NCBI GenBank assembly: GCA_052279835.1
Contig: CP181291.1
Coordinates: forward strand, 1,280,001-1,344,000
DNA length: 64,000 nt
From: Microcoleus sp.
Lineage (GTDB): Bacteria > Cyanobacteriota > Cyanobacteriia > Cyanobacteriales > Microcoleaceae
Direction: 5' to 3'
Positions 42,871 to 54,100 of the stretch are shown here, one piece after another. The notes under the pieces are model-generated. The model made no database searches, was not told the origin of the DNA, and was given only the letters and a program-made list of their open reading frames with translations. Numbering within the stretch: position 1 is the stretch's first letter; each line of letters begins with the position of its first letter. The position numbers were made by a program, and so were the translations under genes.

Positions 42871-42910
42871 ACTCCCAAATGCTTCTGCCTCTGAGGATAC
42901 AGATATCTGC

Positions 42911-44065
42911 CTAGGCGACGGGTGCGAGCTTTTTAACTTTCTCTTCCAAGGAATCCATCAGAGATTGGAACGGGCTGACGAATTTCTCAATCCCCTCCAA
43001 GAGCAAGTCGGCCATCACTTTATCCAAATCGATGTCGATGTCGGGATCTTTGAGACTTTCGATCAGCGTGTAAGCTTCTTCGACATTGCTCTCAATCCGG
43101 GGTGCGACATCGCAGTGATCGAAACAAGCCTCAACGGTGTTGGGAGGCAAAGTATTCACCGTGTCGGGACCGATCAATTCATCGACGTACATCACATCGC
43201 TGTAGTTAGGGTTTTTGGTGCTGGTACTCGCCCACAACAGCCGCTGCACTTCGGCTCCCTTGGCTGCTAGTGCTTGCCAGCGATCGCTCGCTACGATTTC
43301 TTTATACTTCTGGTAAGCTACTTTGGCATTGGCGATCGCAATTTTTCCCTTCACCGCTTCCAGTTTGGCTTTCGTAGAAATATCGGTGACATTTTTGAGT
43401 TTCTCGTCAATTTGACCGTCGATATTAATGTCGATCCGGCTCAAGAAGAAACTGGCAACAGAGGCAATATTGCTCACATCCAAACCTTTAGCTGCTCGCG
43501 CTTCCAAGCCGCGAATGTAAGCCCAAAAGGTTTCGACGTAGCTGTCAACAGAGAACAGCAAAGTCACGTTAACATTAATCCCTTCGCTGATGACTCGTTC
43601 GACAGCCGGCAATCCTTGAGCAGTTCCCGGAATCTTGATCATCACATTTGGTTTGCCGATCGCCTGATAATAGCGTAAGGCTTCGCTAATCGTGCTTTCG
43701 GTATCGTTGGCGATCGTCGGTGGCACTTCAATGCTGATGTAACCGTCCAAACCTTTGGACTCTTCGTACACTGGAGCGAAGATATCGCAAGCATTGCGGA
43801 TATCTTCAAAAACTAGAGATTCGTAAATTTCGAGTACAGATTTACCCGCCCGGATACCAGCTTCGATATCGGCATCGTAAATCACATTGCCCGCGATCGC
43901 TTTCTCGAAAATGGCAGGATTAGATGTAATTCCCCGCAATCCGCGACTTTCAATCATCTTTTTGAGTTCGCCGGACTCGATCAGATTGCGAGTCAAATTG
44001 TCCATCCAGATGCTCTGGCCGATTTCTTTGATTTCTAACAGGTGATTCTTGGTCGTTTCCGTCAT
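42911..44065 (-). CDS. tal: Transaldolase
   Basis: QSIWMD, GITSNPAIF, NVMIKIP, LWASTSTK. Confidence 0.97.
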   Translation of the reverse strand: MTETTKNHLLEIKEIGQSIWMDNLTRNLIESGELKKMIESRGLRGITSNPAIFEKAIAGNVIYDADIEAGIRAGKSVLEIYESLVFEDIRNACDIFAPVYEESKGLDGYISIEVPPTIANDTESTISEALRYYQAIGKPNVMIKIPGTAQGLPAVERVISEGINVNVTLLFSVDSYVETFWAYIRGLEARAAKGLDVSNIASVASFFLSRIDINIDGQIDEKLKNVTDISTKAKLEAVKGKIAIANAKVAYQKYKEIVASDRWQALAAKGAEVQRLLWASTSTKNPNYSDVMYVDELIGPDTVNTLPPNTVEACFDHCDVAPRIESNVEEAYTLIESLKDPDIDIDLDKVMADLLLEGIEKFVSPFQSLMDSLEEKVKKLAPVA

Positions 44066-44093
44066 GATCTGTAACTCCTACAATTTGATATTT

Positions 44094-44215
44094 GGTAATT
44101 GGGAATTGGTAATTGGGTATTGGTAATTGGGTATTGGTAATTGGGAATTGGTAATTGGGCAGCTACAACTTTCTTCCTTCTTCCTTCTTCCCTCTACCTT
44201 CTTCCTTCTTCCTTC
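44094..44215. repeat. STRR tract (TTGGTAA/TTGGGAA) plus CTT-rich tract
   Basis: Tandem GGTAATTGGGAATT / GGTAATTGGGTATT units. Confidence 0.85.
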
Positions 44216-45287
44216 ACTCCAGAACTGTTCGAGGATTGCGCGATCGATCTTGAATAAACGACTCTACGAGGGCGACATCTTCTTTGCTGCCAATAATCAA
44301 AGGCGTGCGCTCGTGAAGTTGAGTTGGCACCACATCCAAGATGTCTTGAATGCCCGTACTAGCCCGCCCGCCGGCTTGTTCCATCAAAAACGCCAAAGGA
44401 GCAGATTCGTACAGCAAGCGCAATTTGCCCTCCGGTTTTTTCACCGTTCCGGGGTACAAAAAGACACCTCCCTGAAATAAAATCCGGTGAAAATCTCCCA
44501 CCAAAGCCCCGCCGTACCGGGCACTGTAACCTTGATTGCGGTGGACGTAGCGAATGTAATCCCGATAAGATTCATCCCACTGCCAGAAGTTGCCTTCATT
44601 GACGCTGTAAACCGGGCCGCTTGCAGGCGTCTGAATGTTTTCGGTTGCTAGAATGAATTCGCCCAAACTGGGGTCGAGGGTGAAGGAATGGACACCTTGA
44701 CCGATGGAATAAACCAGCATGGTACTGGGACCGTAAAGCACGTAGCCGGCGGCGATTTGTTTGTGTCCGTGTTGCAGCAAGTCTGAGGCTGAGCCATCTG
44801 CATCGTCCCCCTCTTGCTTGCGGATGCTGAATATGGAACCGACATTGAGATTGGTGTCGAGATTGGAAGAACCATCTATGGGGTCGTAGAGCAGGCTGTA
44901 GCGCCCGATCGGACAATTTTCGGGAATATAGTAGGGTTTTTCCATTTCCTCCGAAGCCAAGCGGCAGACAAGTCCGCTTTGCTGGAATACGGAGATAAAA
45001 ACTTCATTAGCATAGACATCCATCTTTTTGACGGATTCTCCCTGGACGTTGACAGCCCCTGTAAACCCCAAGGCATCTGCCATTAATCCAGCCCTACTCA
45101 GTCGCCTCGCGATCAGCTTGGCCGCGAGTCCGATGCGATTCATCAGGGCACTGAGATCCTGAGCATCTGCACTAAAGCTATGAAGTTGCTGGAGTACGTG
45201 ACGGGATAGAGTCGTGCAATCGCGGTCTAAGGCTTGCACCTGATCGATCGGACCCAGACGGGTTTCTCCTGTCGGCGCTTGTACCAT
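44214..45287 (-). CDS. fbp: Fructose-1,6-bisphosphatase class I
   Basis: NVQGE...[28 protein letters not shown]. Confidence 0.97.
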   Translation of the reverse strand: MVQAPTGETRLGPIDQVQALDRDCTTLSRHVLQQLHSFSADAQDLSALMNRIGLAAKLIARRLSRAGLMADALGFTGAVNVQGESVKKMDVYANEVFISVFQQSGLVCRLASEEMEKPYYIPENCPIGRYSLLYDPIDGSSNLDTNLNVGSIFSIRKQEGDDADGSASDLLQHGHKQIAAGYVLYGPSTMLVYSIGQGVHSFTLDPSLGEFILATENIQTPASGPVYSVNEGNFWQWDESYRDYIRYVHRNQGYSARYGGALVGDFHRILFQGGVFLYPGTVKKPEGKLRLLYESAPLAFLMEQAGGRASTGIQDILDVVPTQLHERTPLIIGSKEDVALVESFIQDRSRNPRTVLE

Positions 45288-45362
45288 GATTTTGATAACC
45301 TCCCTGTCTTGCGGCTCTGGATTTGGGTTCTTCAGGTGCTTGACACTTGCTCCTGAATCGGG

Positions 45363-45497
45363 TATGAGACCGATCGCCCTCTAAGTTATATCTTAGGGAG
45401 GGTTTTGCCAAAGGGGGTAGAACTTTAGGGGAATTTTAGATCCGGTGGAAAATTGAGGAGTGCGATCGGCTGTTGAGTCGGGAATTGTATTCAAAAT
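45363..45497. repeat. Direct repeat copy 1 (fbp upstream region)
   Basis: Closely similar to 46536-46672. Confidence 0.9.
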
Positions 45498-45650
45498 CAC
45501 TAATTTTTTGATTTACCGCAGAAAGTGTTGGTTTCGGAATTTAGGTTTGGTGTGTAGCAGAAAGAAGTTAGGCAACGGATTTAACGGAGGTCAGTCCATC
45601 GAACCCACTGCTAAAATGATTTTAAAATCAATACATCGGAAAGCTGTCCT

Positions 45651-46460
45651 ATGCCCTCTCCCTTTCCCGGAATGGACCCCTACTTAGAACACCCCGATTT
45701 TTGGCAGGAAACTCACAATCGATTAATTGTCGCGATCGCTGATAGCATCATGCCTCAAATTCGCCCTAAATATGAAATTGCGATCGACAAACGCATCTAT
45801 GAAATTACCGAACCCAATGACAGTAACAGTAGTGGTGAATGGCTTTTAGTTGGTATCCCCGACGTGGCGATTAAACGTCAATCTAATCATCCCGATGCTG
45901 CTACCGGTTCAGTTGCTACTGTAGCTGTTACACTTCCTGCTACCGTCAAAGTGCCAACTCCTGCAAAAATTAAACAGGCTTACCTGGAAGTGCGAGAAAT
46001 GACAACTAAACAAGTTGTCACGGCAATTGAAATTCTTTCTCCTGTCAACAAACGCAGTGGAGAAGGCAGACTTACGTATCTCAAAAAACGCCAGAGTATT
46101 TTAGGTAGCTTAACCAATTTAGTGGAAATCGACTTGTTGCGAAGCTGGGAACCGATGCCTGTACTCAACAGTTCCATTCAAAGCGATTATCGGGTTTTAG
46201 TCAGTCGTAGCGATCGCCGTCCTTTTGCCGAACTTTATGGTTTTAATCTCCGGGATTCTCTACCTGTATTTCCGGTGCCATTGCGCGAAGAAGATGTAGA
46301 ACCTATTGTTAATTTACCGGAATTGTTCGCAGGTATTTACGATCGCGCCGGCTATGATTATCGGATCGATTACGATCGAGAACCGGTACCATCCCTGTCA
46401 GAAGAAAATCGGGTTTGGGCACAGGAACTTTTACAAGAAACAGGATTGCGAGATAATTAA
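45651..46460 (+). CDS. DUF4058 family protein (PD-(D/E)XK-like)
   Basis: MPSPFPGMDPYLE, IPDVA, AIEILSPVNK, LVEIDLLR. Confidence 0.92.
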   Translation: MPSPFPGMDPYLEHPDFWQETHNRLIVAIADSIMPQIRPKYEIAIDKRIYEITEPNDSNSSGEWLLVGIPDVAIKRQSNHPDAATGSVATVAVTLPATVKVPTPAKIKQAYLEVREMTTKQVVTAIEILSPVNKRSGEGRLTYLKKRQSILGSLTNLVEIDLLRSWEPMPVLNSSIQSDYRVLVSRSDRRPFAELYGFNLRDSLPVFPVPLREEDVEPIVNLPELFAGIYDRAGYDYRIDYDREPVPSLSEENRVWAQELLQETGLRDN

Positions 46461-46535
46461 TTCTATTTTACCTTATTAATCGGCGATACTTTGGCTGTAA
46501 TGCTCGATCGAGTAGGGATGACTGTCAAAGTTGAA

Positions 46536-46672
46536 TATGAGAGCGATCGCCCTGTAAGTTCTATCTTAGGGATGGTTTTGCGATCGGGCGTAGAACTTTA
46601 GGTGAACTTTAGATCCGTTACATAAAATTGAGGAGTGCGATCGACTGTTGAGTCGGGAATTGTATTCAAAAT
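46536..46672. repeat. Direct repeat copy 2
   Basis: CGATCGCCCT.TAAGTT.TATCTTAGGGA...AAAATTGAGGAGTGCGATCG.CTGTTGAGTCGGGAATTGTATTCAAAAT. Confidence 0.9.
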
Positions 46673-46762
46673 ATAGAATCATTTCACTCCTTTGGCTGTC
46701 GCGGATTGAATAAATCAATAAAAAATATCTGATCGCGACAGTCAAAGGGCAGAATATCGGGA

Positions 46763-47392
46763 CTAACTCTCGTTATGCTCTTTGCGCGCTTTTTTGTGGT
46801 TGATGACGTACACGCCCCAAGGGAGCCGAATTCCAGTAAGCGCCGTCAGTCGCAAGTGAGCGTGTTCGGGATTCGAGGCATCCAAATCCGTCCAACTGAG
46901 GTTAGTTTTTTGCAAGTTTGCCTCAGCTAAATTAGCACCGTTGAGATTAGCCCAACTCGCATCAGCATAGCTGAGATTTGCACGGCTTAAATTGGCTCGT
47001 TCTAAGTCTCCTCGACTTAAGTTAGATCCTTCTAAATCAGCTTTGTGGAAGTTACAGCCAATGGCGCGAATGCTGTGCAAATCAGCTTGATGCAATTTGG
47101 CACTGGCAAAGTTGGCACTTTCAGCGCGTGCAAAACTGAGCACAGCCCAACTGAGGTTAGTTTGGCTACAATTAGCCTGTGTTAAGTTGGCTTTTGATAG
47201 GTTTGTTCCTTCTAAATTAGCTTTCCACAGTACCGCACTATAAAAGTTAATTTCTGAGAGGTTCATGCCACTTAAATCGGCTCCTGTGAGATTGGTGTAG
47301 CTGAAATCTCTCTGTCCTCGATCGAATTCGTCGCGAAACTGCGCGGTGTTCATTTGTTTGCGGTTGGAAGTTGCGTTAAAAGATGTCATCAT
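46763..47392 (-). CDS. Pentapeptide repeat protein (start 47392 or 47353)
   Basis: GQRDFS then A(D/N)LxxA(D/N)L repeats. Confidence 0.92.
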   Translation of the reverse strand: MMTSFNATSNRKQMNTAQFRDEFDRGQRDFSYTNLTGADLSGMNLSEINFYSAVLWKANLEGTNLSKANLTQANCSQTNLSWAVLSFARAESANFASAKLHQADLHSIRAIGCNFHKADLEGSNLSRGDLERANLSRANLSYADASWANLNGANLAEANLQKTNLSWTDLDASNPEHAHLRLTALTGIRLPWGVYVINHKKARKEHNES

Positions 47393-47470
47393 GGCTGTTT
47401 TCCTGAGTTATTTTGAGTTTATTGAGTTCGCAGCCACTCTGGGAATTGGAGAGTGGCTAAAAGTGAGAAG

Positions 47471-48238
47471 TTATCGGTATGATTTGGGAGCCACGAACTT
47501 AGTACCGCCTGCAATTTTGCGCTGGAGTGCTTGCTGGAGGAAGTTACCTAAAAAGTCAGCGGCACTGGGGGCAAATTCCAGATATTTGTGGAGTCGGTAG
47601 AAGTTTCCGATTGCGTCTTCTGCGGGAACGAATTCTTTGGTAAGTTCGCGAATTCGCAGGTGTTCCGCAAGGTACTGGCGGATGTATTTTAGGTCGTTGA
47701 TAGATTTGCGAAGGTCTTCGGCCTCTATTTCTTCTGGGCTCGATCGCGATTTCCAGAACTGGAACTGTCGTTGAACGGTGTGCTGTTCGGCGGTATCGAG
47801 GAGGTATTCTGCGGCTTTGAGGAAGCGCTGAATTTCTTCCCGGATGCCCGATCGCACTTGTTGTTCGATGTCGTCTGCGAGGTGTTTCTGGACGAGTGCA
47901 TCCGCCAATGTATTTAGCAGAATTTGAATTTTCCCAGAAGCTGTCAGAATGTCAGCTTGTGCGAGTTGCAGCTTTTCCAGGAGAATGTCGCAGTGATTTG
48001 GGAGGATTTGTGCTCCCTCAGAGGCATTTTCAACGGCGTAAACTTGGTCTAGGTACTGTACCAACTCCGGGTAGTCAATGCGTCCGGTTTGTTGCAAGTG
48101 AGCGATATAGAGGCTTAGCAGGCGGATTTTGTATTCTGAGTCGGATGTAGATCGCGGCTGCTGCACAACCGGGTTTTCTGAGTCGGGAACTAAGGAGATG
48201 CGGGTTTTGGCGGAGCTGGGATGTTGTGAGTTGATCAT
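47471..48238 (-). CDS. Hypothetical alpha-helical protein
   Basis: 255-aa ORF with GAGG RBS, co-oriented with neighbours. Confidence 0.7.
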   Translation of the reverse strand: MINSQHPSSAKTRISLVPDSENPVVQQPRSTSDSEYKIRLLSLYIAHLQQTGRIDYPELVQYLDQVYAVENASEGAQILPNHCDILLEKLQLAQADILTASGKIQILLNTLADALVQKHLADDIEQQVRSGIREEIQRFLKAAEYLLDTAEQHTVQRQFQFWKSRSSPEEIEAEDLRKSINDLKYIRQYLAEHLRIRELTKEFVPAEDAIGNFYRLHKYLEFAPSAADFLGNFLQQALQRKIAGGTKFVAPKSYR

Positions 48239-48315
48239 GTTGACCTCTTTGATGGGCGATTGCTAATTTTTTGGGTGAGGGGCGCGACGAAAGCAAGTTG
48301 CCGCGCACCCTGCAA

Positions 48316-49536
48316 TTAGTTGAAATTGCTGTCGTTGTCAGAGTTGGGGCGGATGTCAGCCAAGGTTTCTGCCTGGGCCATCAGTTCCCGGCGGCGGGCT
48401 TCCAGCCAAAAGTCTCGCTGAAGCTTGACTGCATCGCTGAACGATTTTTTGGTGTCTTCGCGGAAAGCAAGGGCGATCGTCATCGCGCAAGCATAGCCGC
48501 TAGTAATCACTGACAGCAGCAGCATGAATAAGGGGAAACCCATTCCTGCGATGTCGCCACTCAGGAGTTTGTTCGTGCAACTGAGGATTGCCATTCGTGT
48601 TGCTTCAATCCCCGAAGCAATTTCACCGGCTGGGGTAAAGTGTTGTTGATAAAGTAAGGGCATTTCTTGTTTGAGAAAGGCAAGATCGTTACCCATTTGG
48701 AGACGGATTACTAGCAACTGTTCCATGTTTTTCTTGGCAGTTTCATAGTTTTGATAGGCTTCTGTTTCCAGGCGAACGACTCGACGGCAGATAGGAAGTT
48801 GTTCAGAGGGAACTTGATTCCAATCGGTATTGCGATCGCCCCAAGGTCCGTACAGTTGCACGTAAAACGAGTCCCATCGCGGATTGGTTCTGTCGAGTTG
48901 ATTTAATTGCTGTTCTCCTTCTTGGCATCGTTGCCGAGTTTGTTGATATTGGGGGCTGTCAAGTTGCTTGAGGGTTTCGACTTGTTGTATCTGTTTTTGA
49001 ATTGATTCTGCTGCTTTCATCTGGCTCAGACCTGATTGATCGAGCATTAATACTGTGCCGCAGAGAGAGGCGAGCGACTGGAGGATATTGATTGATAGGG
49101 AGGCATATATCGCCCATAATTGCCATGTTTTGTTGTATTTTGTGCGGGATGAAACAGCCGTCGTGGTGTCATTAGTGAATTTCAAAATCAGGAGGTTGCA
49201 CAACGAAGTCAAAACCACACCAAAAAAACCCATGTCCTTAAAGGCAAAGAACAGTAAGGGATAATTTGTGAAGAAGTTAAACAAGCTGCTGACAGTAACT
49301 GTCCCGGCAGTCAGTGTTGCTTGCTTCGCCAAGTCTTCGGAAACGACAGCCGTTCCGTGAAAGGCTTTTGGATCGGCGATGAGTAATTCCTTTAATGCGT
49401 TGAGGAATATCATCTGCGAGGAATTTTTTGGTTTTTCGGTAGTAGGTGGATTTCTTGCCTGTTCGCGGAGAGTGGCGTATTTATGATCTTGCTCAATGGA
49501 GTAGAGTAAATCATCAACTTTGGGTAGTTTTGGCAT
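48316..49536 (-). CDS. Hypothetical membrane protein (N-terminal TMs, coiled-coil, C-terminal TM)
   Basis: Hydrophobic segments around aa 80-165 and 330-357; Gln-rich helical middle with two Cys. Confidence 0.7.
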   Translation of the reverse strand: MPKLPKVDDLLYSIEQDHKYATLREQARNPPTTEKPKNSSQMIFLNALKELLIADPKAFHGTAVVSEDLAKQATLTAGTVTVSSLFNFFTNYPLLFFAFKDMGFFGVVLTSLCNLLILKFTNDTTTAVSSRTKYNKTWQLWAIYASLSINILQSLASLCGTVLMLDQSGLSQMKAAESIQKQIQQVETLKQLDSPQYQQTRQRCQEGEQQLNQLDRTNPRWDSFYVQLYGPWGDRNTDWNQVPSEQLPICRRVVRLETEAYQNYETAKKNMEQLLVIRLQMGNDLAFLKQEMPLLYQQHFTPAGEIASGIEATRMAILSCTNKLLSGDIAGMGFPLFMLLLSVITSGYACAMTIALAFREDTKKSFSDAVKLQRDFWLEARRRELMAQAETLADIRPNSDNDSNFN

Positions 49537-49717
49537 ATCTATGCTTTTTATGGGAGAATAACCTGAGATCAGGTGTTCTGGTCTTCGCTATCCATCGTAT
49601 GATTAGATTCCCAAAAACCTTTTGGTGTTAGGCTTTGAGTTGGTTTTGAGTTTTTTGAGTTTTTTGACTTGTAACAAAACTTTATATTTTTGTCGGTGTA
49701 AGTTCTGTGGAGGGACT

Positions 49718-51118
49718 ATGGGAAGGAATTCGCGTCGTGCAACTCAAGCAGGTATTAACCAAGCTGAACAGGCTCTTAAACGTAAGGTTTGGACAAAACA
49801 ACGTCTAGCCACAGAGGTTGGCTGTGGTGCTAATACAATTTCCAATTTTTTTAATGGTACTAAAATTGATAATAGTTTTTTTAAGGGAATTTGCACGGCG
49901 CTAGATCTGGAGGAGCAAAAGATTGTTGATTTGTCTGAAGACGCTGAACCTAAGCTAGATGATAAGCAAGCGCGATCTCTTTTTGCTCATGCTTTTCAAA
50001 CGATAATCGACCAGAAAACCAAGGATTTCGTCGGGCGTAAATATGTATTCACGGAGATCGAAAAATTTATTAACAGCAAAACTAACGGCTATTTCACTAT
50101 CATCGGCGATCCTGGGATGGGGAAAAGTACGATTCTGGCGAAGTATGTACAAGATAGTGGGTGCGTTGCTCATTTTAATGTAGAAAATGACGGCGAAAAT
50201 CGCGCAGATCAATTCTTAGAGAGTATCTGCAAACAACTAATCAAACAGTATCAACTATCCTATTCTTTGGCTTTACCTGCCGATGCCAAAAGCGATGGTG
50301 TTTTCCTCAAAAAGTTGTTAGATGAAGTTGCCATAAAGAGAAACGGTAAACCCGTGGTGATTGCGGTTGATGCCTTAGATGAAGTTGACCAGTCCAGCCA
50401 AACAAACAAAAATGCTAATATTCTTTACTTTCCGCGTTATTTACCAAGCGGGATTTATTTTGTAACAACAGTTCGACGTGGAGTTGATGTACCATTAGTG
50501 ACTGATGCAGCACAACAAATATTTAACTTGATGGACTATCAATCGGAAAGTCATGAAGATGTCTGCACCTATATTAGAAATCGAGTTAACAGTAGTGATA
50601 AGCTACGTCAATGGATTCAAAGCCAGAAGCTGACAGAACAAAATTTCATTGACGAAATTGCAGCTCGAAGTGAAAACAATTTCATGTATTTGTACTATGT
50701 ATTGTATGGAATTGAGGAGGATATATATCCAGACTTGAGCCTCGATAGTTTACCTCTAGGCTTGCAGCAATACTATCAATTCCACTGGCAGAAAATGGGG
50801 ATGAATGATATACCGCGTTCAAACGTCAAAATTAATGTTATGTATCATTTAGCAGAAAGCCGTCAGCCAATTTCATGCCAGCTAATCTCTGGGTATATTG
50901 GCGAGACTCCTTTGAAAGTGCAGGATGTTTTAAAAGCATGGCTACAATTTTTACACAAGCGTACTATTGAAGGTGAAGTTTGCTACAGCATCTATCACCC
51001 TGATTTTTGGAGATTTTTGCATAAGCATGAAACTATAGAGGCTGCACGGGTTTCGATTCCAAAAATTAATAAACAAAAGTCAGATTATTTATGGAAGGGA
51101 TTGCTTGAAGATGAGTAA
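49718..51118 (+). CDS. XRE-like HTH fused to STAND/NACHT-like P-loop NTPase
   Basis: WTKQRLATEVGCGANTISNFFNG HTH; FVGR; Walker A GDPGMGKS; Walker B IAVDALDE; GGAGG RBS. Confidence 0.85.
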   Translation: MGRNSRRATQAGINQAEQALKRKVWTKQRLATEVGCGANTISNFFNGTKIDNSFFKGICTALDLEEQKIVDLSEDAEPKLDDKQARSLFAHAFQTIIDQKTKDFVGRKYVFTEIEKFINSKTNGYFTIIGDPGMGKSTILAKYVQDSGCVAHFNVENDGENRADQFLESICKQLIKQYQLSYSLALPADAKSDGVFLKKLLDEVAIKRNGKPVVIAVDALDEVDQSSQTNKNANILYFPRYLPSGIYFVTTVRRGVDVPLVTDAAQQIFNLMDYQSESHEDVCTYIRNRVNSSDKLRQWIQSQKLTEQNFIDEIAARSENNFMYLYYVLYGIEEDIYPDLSLDSLPLGLQQYYQFHWQKMGMNDIPRSNVKINVMYHLAESRQPISCQLISGYIGETPLKVQDVLKAWLQFLHKRTIEGEVCYSIYHPDFWRFLHKHETIEAARVSIPKINKQKSDYLWKGLLEDE

Positions 51119-54100
51119 TTTAAAAGCACGGTTAGCCAATATGCCACCTGCCCAGCGACGAGATACTTTGGAAATGCCAATTTATCTAGCGAATGCAAGA
51201 GAGGCAAAGCGATTGCAGAGTTTGTTAACCAATTTTGATTTCATTGATGCTAAGATTTCTTACAAAGAGTTTGGAGTACAGGCACTAATTACAGATTACG
51301 ACTTAGCTTTGCAACCTGATATTGAGATTGCTGAAGAGATCAAGGAAAATCTGAAATTAATTCAAGGAGCGCTAATACTATCAGCCAATGCTCTAGCTGA
51401 TGATAAAAACCAACTAGCAGGGCAACTAATGGGTCGTTTGCAACACTTTGCAACTCCTGAGATTAAAACATTGTTGACCCAGGCAAAACAAAAAGAAGCT
51501 CCTATTCTTTATCCGTTAACTGCCAGTTTATTACCCCCTGGCATAGCTGTAGCAAGGACTTTGACGGGACATCAAAGCACAACTGATTCATCAATTGGTA
51601 ATGTATCAGCAGTAGCAATAGCAGAGACTCCAGAAAGAACATGGATAGTTTCAGGTTCATGGGATCATACCGTCAAAGTTTGGGATTTACGCACAGGTCA
51701 AGAGTTAAGAACTCTGAGAGGGCATAATACTTCGGTCTTATCTGTGGCTGTTACACCCGACGGCAAAAAAGTAATCTCTGGTTCAGCAGACAATACTATC
51801 AAAGTTTGGGATTTAGAGACAGGTCAGCAGTTACTTAATCTAACGGAACATAAGGAAAGAGTAAATGCTTTAGCAGTCACTCCTGATGGTAAAAAAATAG
51901 TCTCAGGTGCTGGGAAAAGCACTTTGCTAGGTGGGGCTTCATCAGACAATACTATTAAAATATGGGATTTAGAAACAGGTCAGGAATTATTTACCTTGGA
52001 CGGCCATACCGCTATCATTAATGCTGTTGCGGTGACTCCTGATGGTAGAAAAGTTATTTCTGCTTCAGGTGACGCAAGTTTAAAAATTTGGGACTTACAA
52101 ACACGGGAACAGTTACATACTTTAACTGGCCACAAAGGAATCTACGATTTTCATAAAGGAGAAATAAATGATGTAGCCATTGCATCAGATGGAAAGCAAG
52201 CTATCTCAGCTTCTTCTGATGACCAATCTCTCATAATCTGGGATTTAGAGTCTGGCGAAAAATTACAATCCCTGAAAGTGACTGCCGGAATACATGGACA
52301 AGGTGTTGTCGCTCTTACACCCGATGGCAAACTAGCAGTATCAGGCTGTGACAAAAGTATTTTAGTATGGGATTTAACGGATGAGGCTCGGCCTCGATAC
52401 CGCACCTTGGGCGAACATACAGGGGATATAACTGCCGTAGCAGTGACTTCCGATGGGAAATGGGGAGTCTCAGCTTCTCAGGATAATACCCTCAAAATTT
52501 GGGATTTAGAGAATAAAAGAAAGTCACCTATTCTACCTGGACACAAATCCCTAGTAAAGGTAATGGCAGTTACCCCTGATGGAACAAAAGCACTCTCAGT
52601 AGGTCACAAAGATATCAAAGTATGGGATTTGCATATTGGCAGGGAATTGTTCACTTTGGAGGGGGTTGACGTTGAGTTGGTATCTCCTTTAAATAAAATT
52701 ATCACTTTTACTCCCGATCACCAACGAGTTATCGCAACCTCATTTCACGGTATCAAGGTTTGGAATTTGTGCAATGGTGAGGAATTGCTAAGCTTGAGAG
52801 GTCATAAAGATGATGTATTCGCTGTGGCGATTGCGCCAGACGGAAAAAAAGCGATCTCGGCTTCGCAGGATAAAAGTCTAAAAGTTTGGGATTTACAATC
52901 TGGAGTGGAAGTCATGTCTCTGATTGGACATAGCGAGATAGTAGTTTCTGTAGCTATCACTCCTGATGGAAAGCAAGTTGTCTCAGCTTCCTGGGATAAA
53001 ACTCTAAAAGTTTGGGATTTAGAATCGGGGAAAGAGTGGAGAACTTTAATAGGACATACTGAGGTTATATGGGATTTGGCGATCTCTCCTGATGGTAAAA
53101 AAGTAGTTTCCTATGGTAAAGATAGCATTAAAGTCTGGGATTTGCAATTAGGATCTGAGTTGTTAACCTTAAAAGGTTATGGTAAATTAAATAATTTTAT
53201 ATCTCTATATCCTGATGGTACGGGAGTAGTATGTCTTTTAGATAGAAACACTCTTCAAGTCTGGGATTTACAATCCGGTAGTAAGTTACTAACTTTAGCG
53301 GGTCATACTAACTCAGTACAAAGTTTGGCGATTACGCCAAATAACAAGTATGCCGTTTCAGCTTCTAGCGATAGATCTCTCAGAGTTTGGGATTTGCAGA
53401 CGGGCGATGCAATTGCCAGGTTCAATGGAGATAGTGCAATAAATTATTGTGCAGTCTCACCTGATGGAATAACTATCGTCGCAGGTGAAGAATCTGGTAG
53501 AGTACACTTCCTGCGTTTTAAGATGGATAATTCTGACATACTTAGCGAACAGGATTGGATACTAGGTGAGTTACAAAAATCAGAGGAATTTCTTATTCAA
53601 GGTAGAGAATTATTAGATTCAGGAGAATACGAAGAAGCGATTAAGATATTCGATCGAGCTATACAGCTAAACCCCAACTTATACGAGGCTTGGTGGGATA
53701 GAGGTACAGCACTATCAAGGTTGGAGTTTTATTTCGAGGCAAATCAGTCATTTTGTAAAGCATCAGATATCATAGGCTTGAATCATGAAGACTTTGATAT
53801 AATTTCAATGGACGCAATTGGAGCAAAGTACGCTCTTGCTAGGCAAGAATACAATAAAATAGTAGACTGCATAACTTCTGGCAGAGAGATAGATATACAA
53901 AATGCGATTAACAATTTAACTAAAATCCTGAAAATAAATAAGGATTTCGCCAAAGCTTACTGCCTCAGAGGTGATTTTCGTAATAAAGTAGGGGAGTATC
54001 AAGGGGCGATCGAGGATTTGACTAAAGGAATTGAGCTAAGTCCAGAGTTAGCAAATACTTACAATCCTGTTCTTGCGAAGGCTTACTATCGTCGAGGCGT

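Noticed and set aside
42791..43270. Antisense ORFs opposite tal and other core genes
   Set aside because: Shadow frames of well-supported genes with no recognisable motifs
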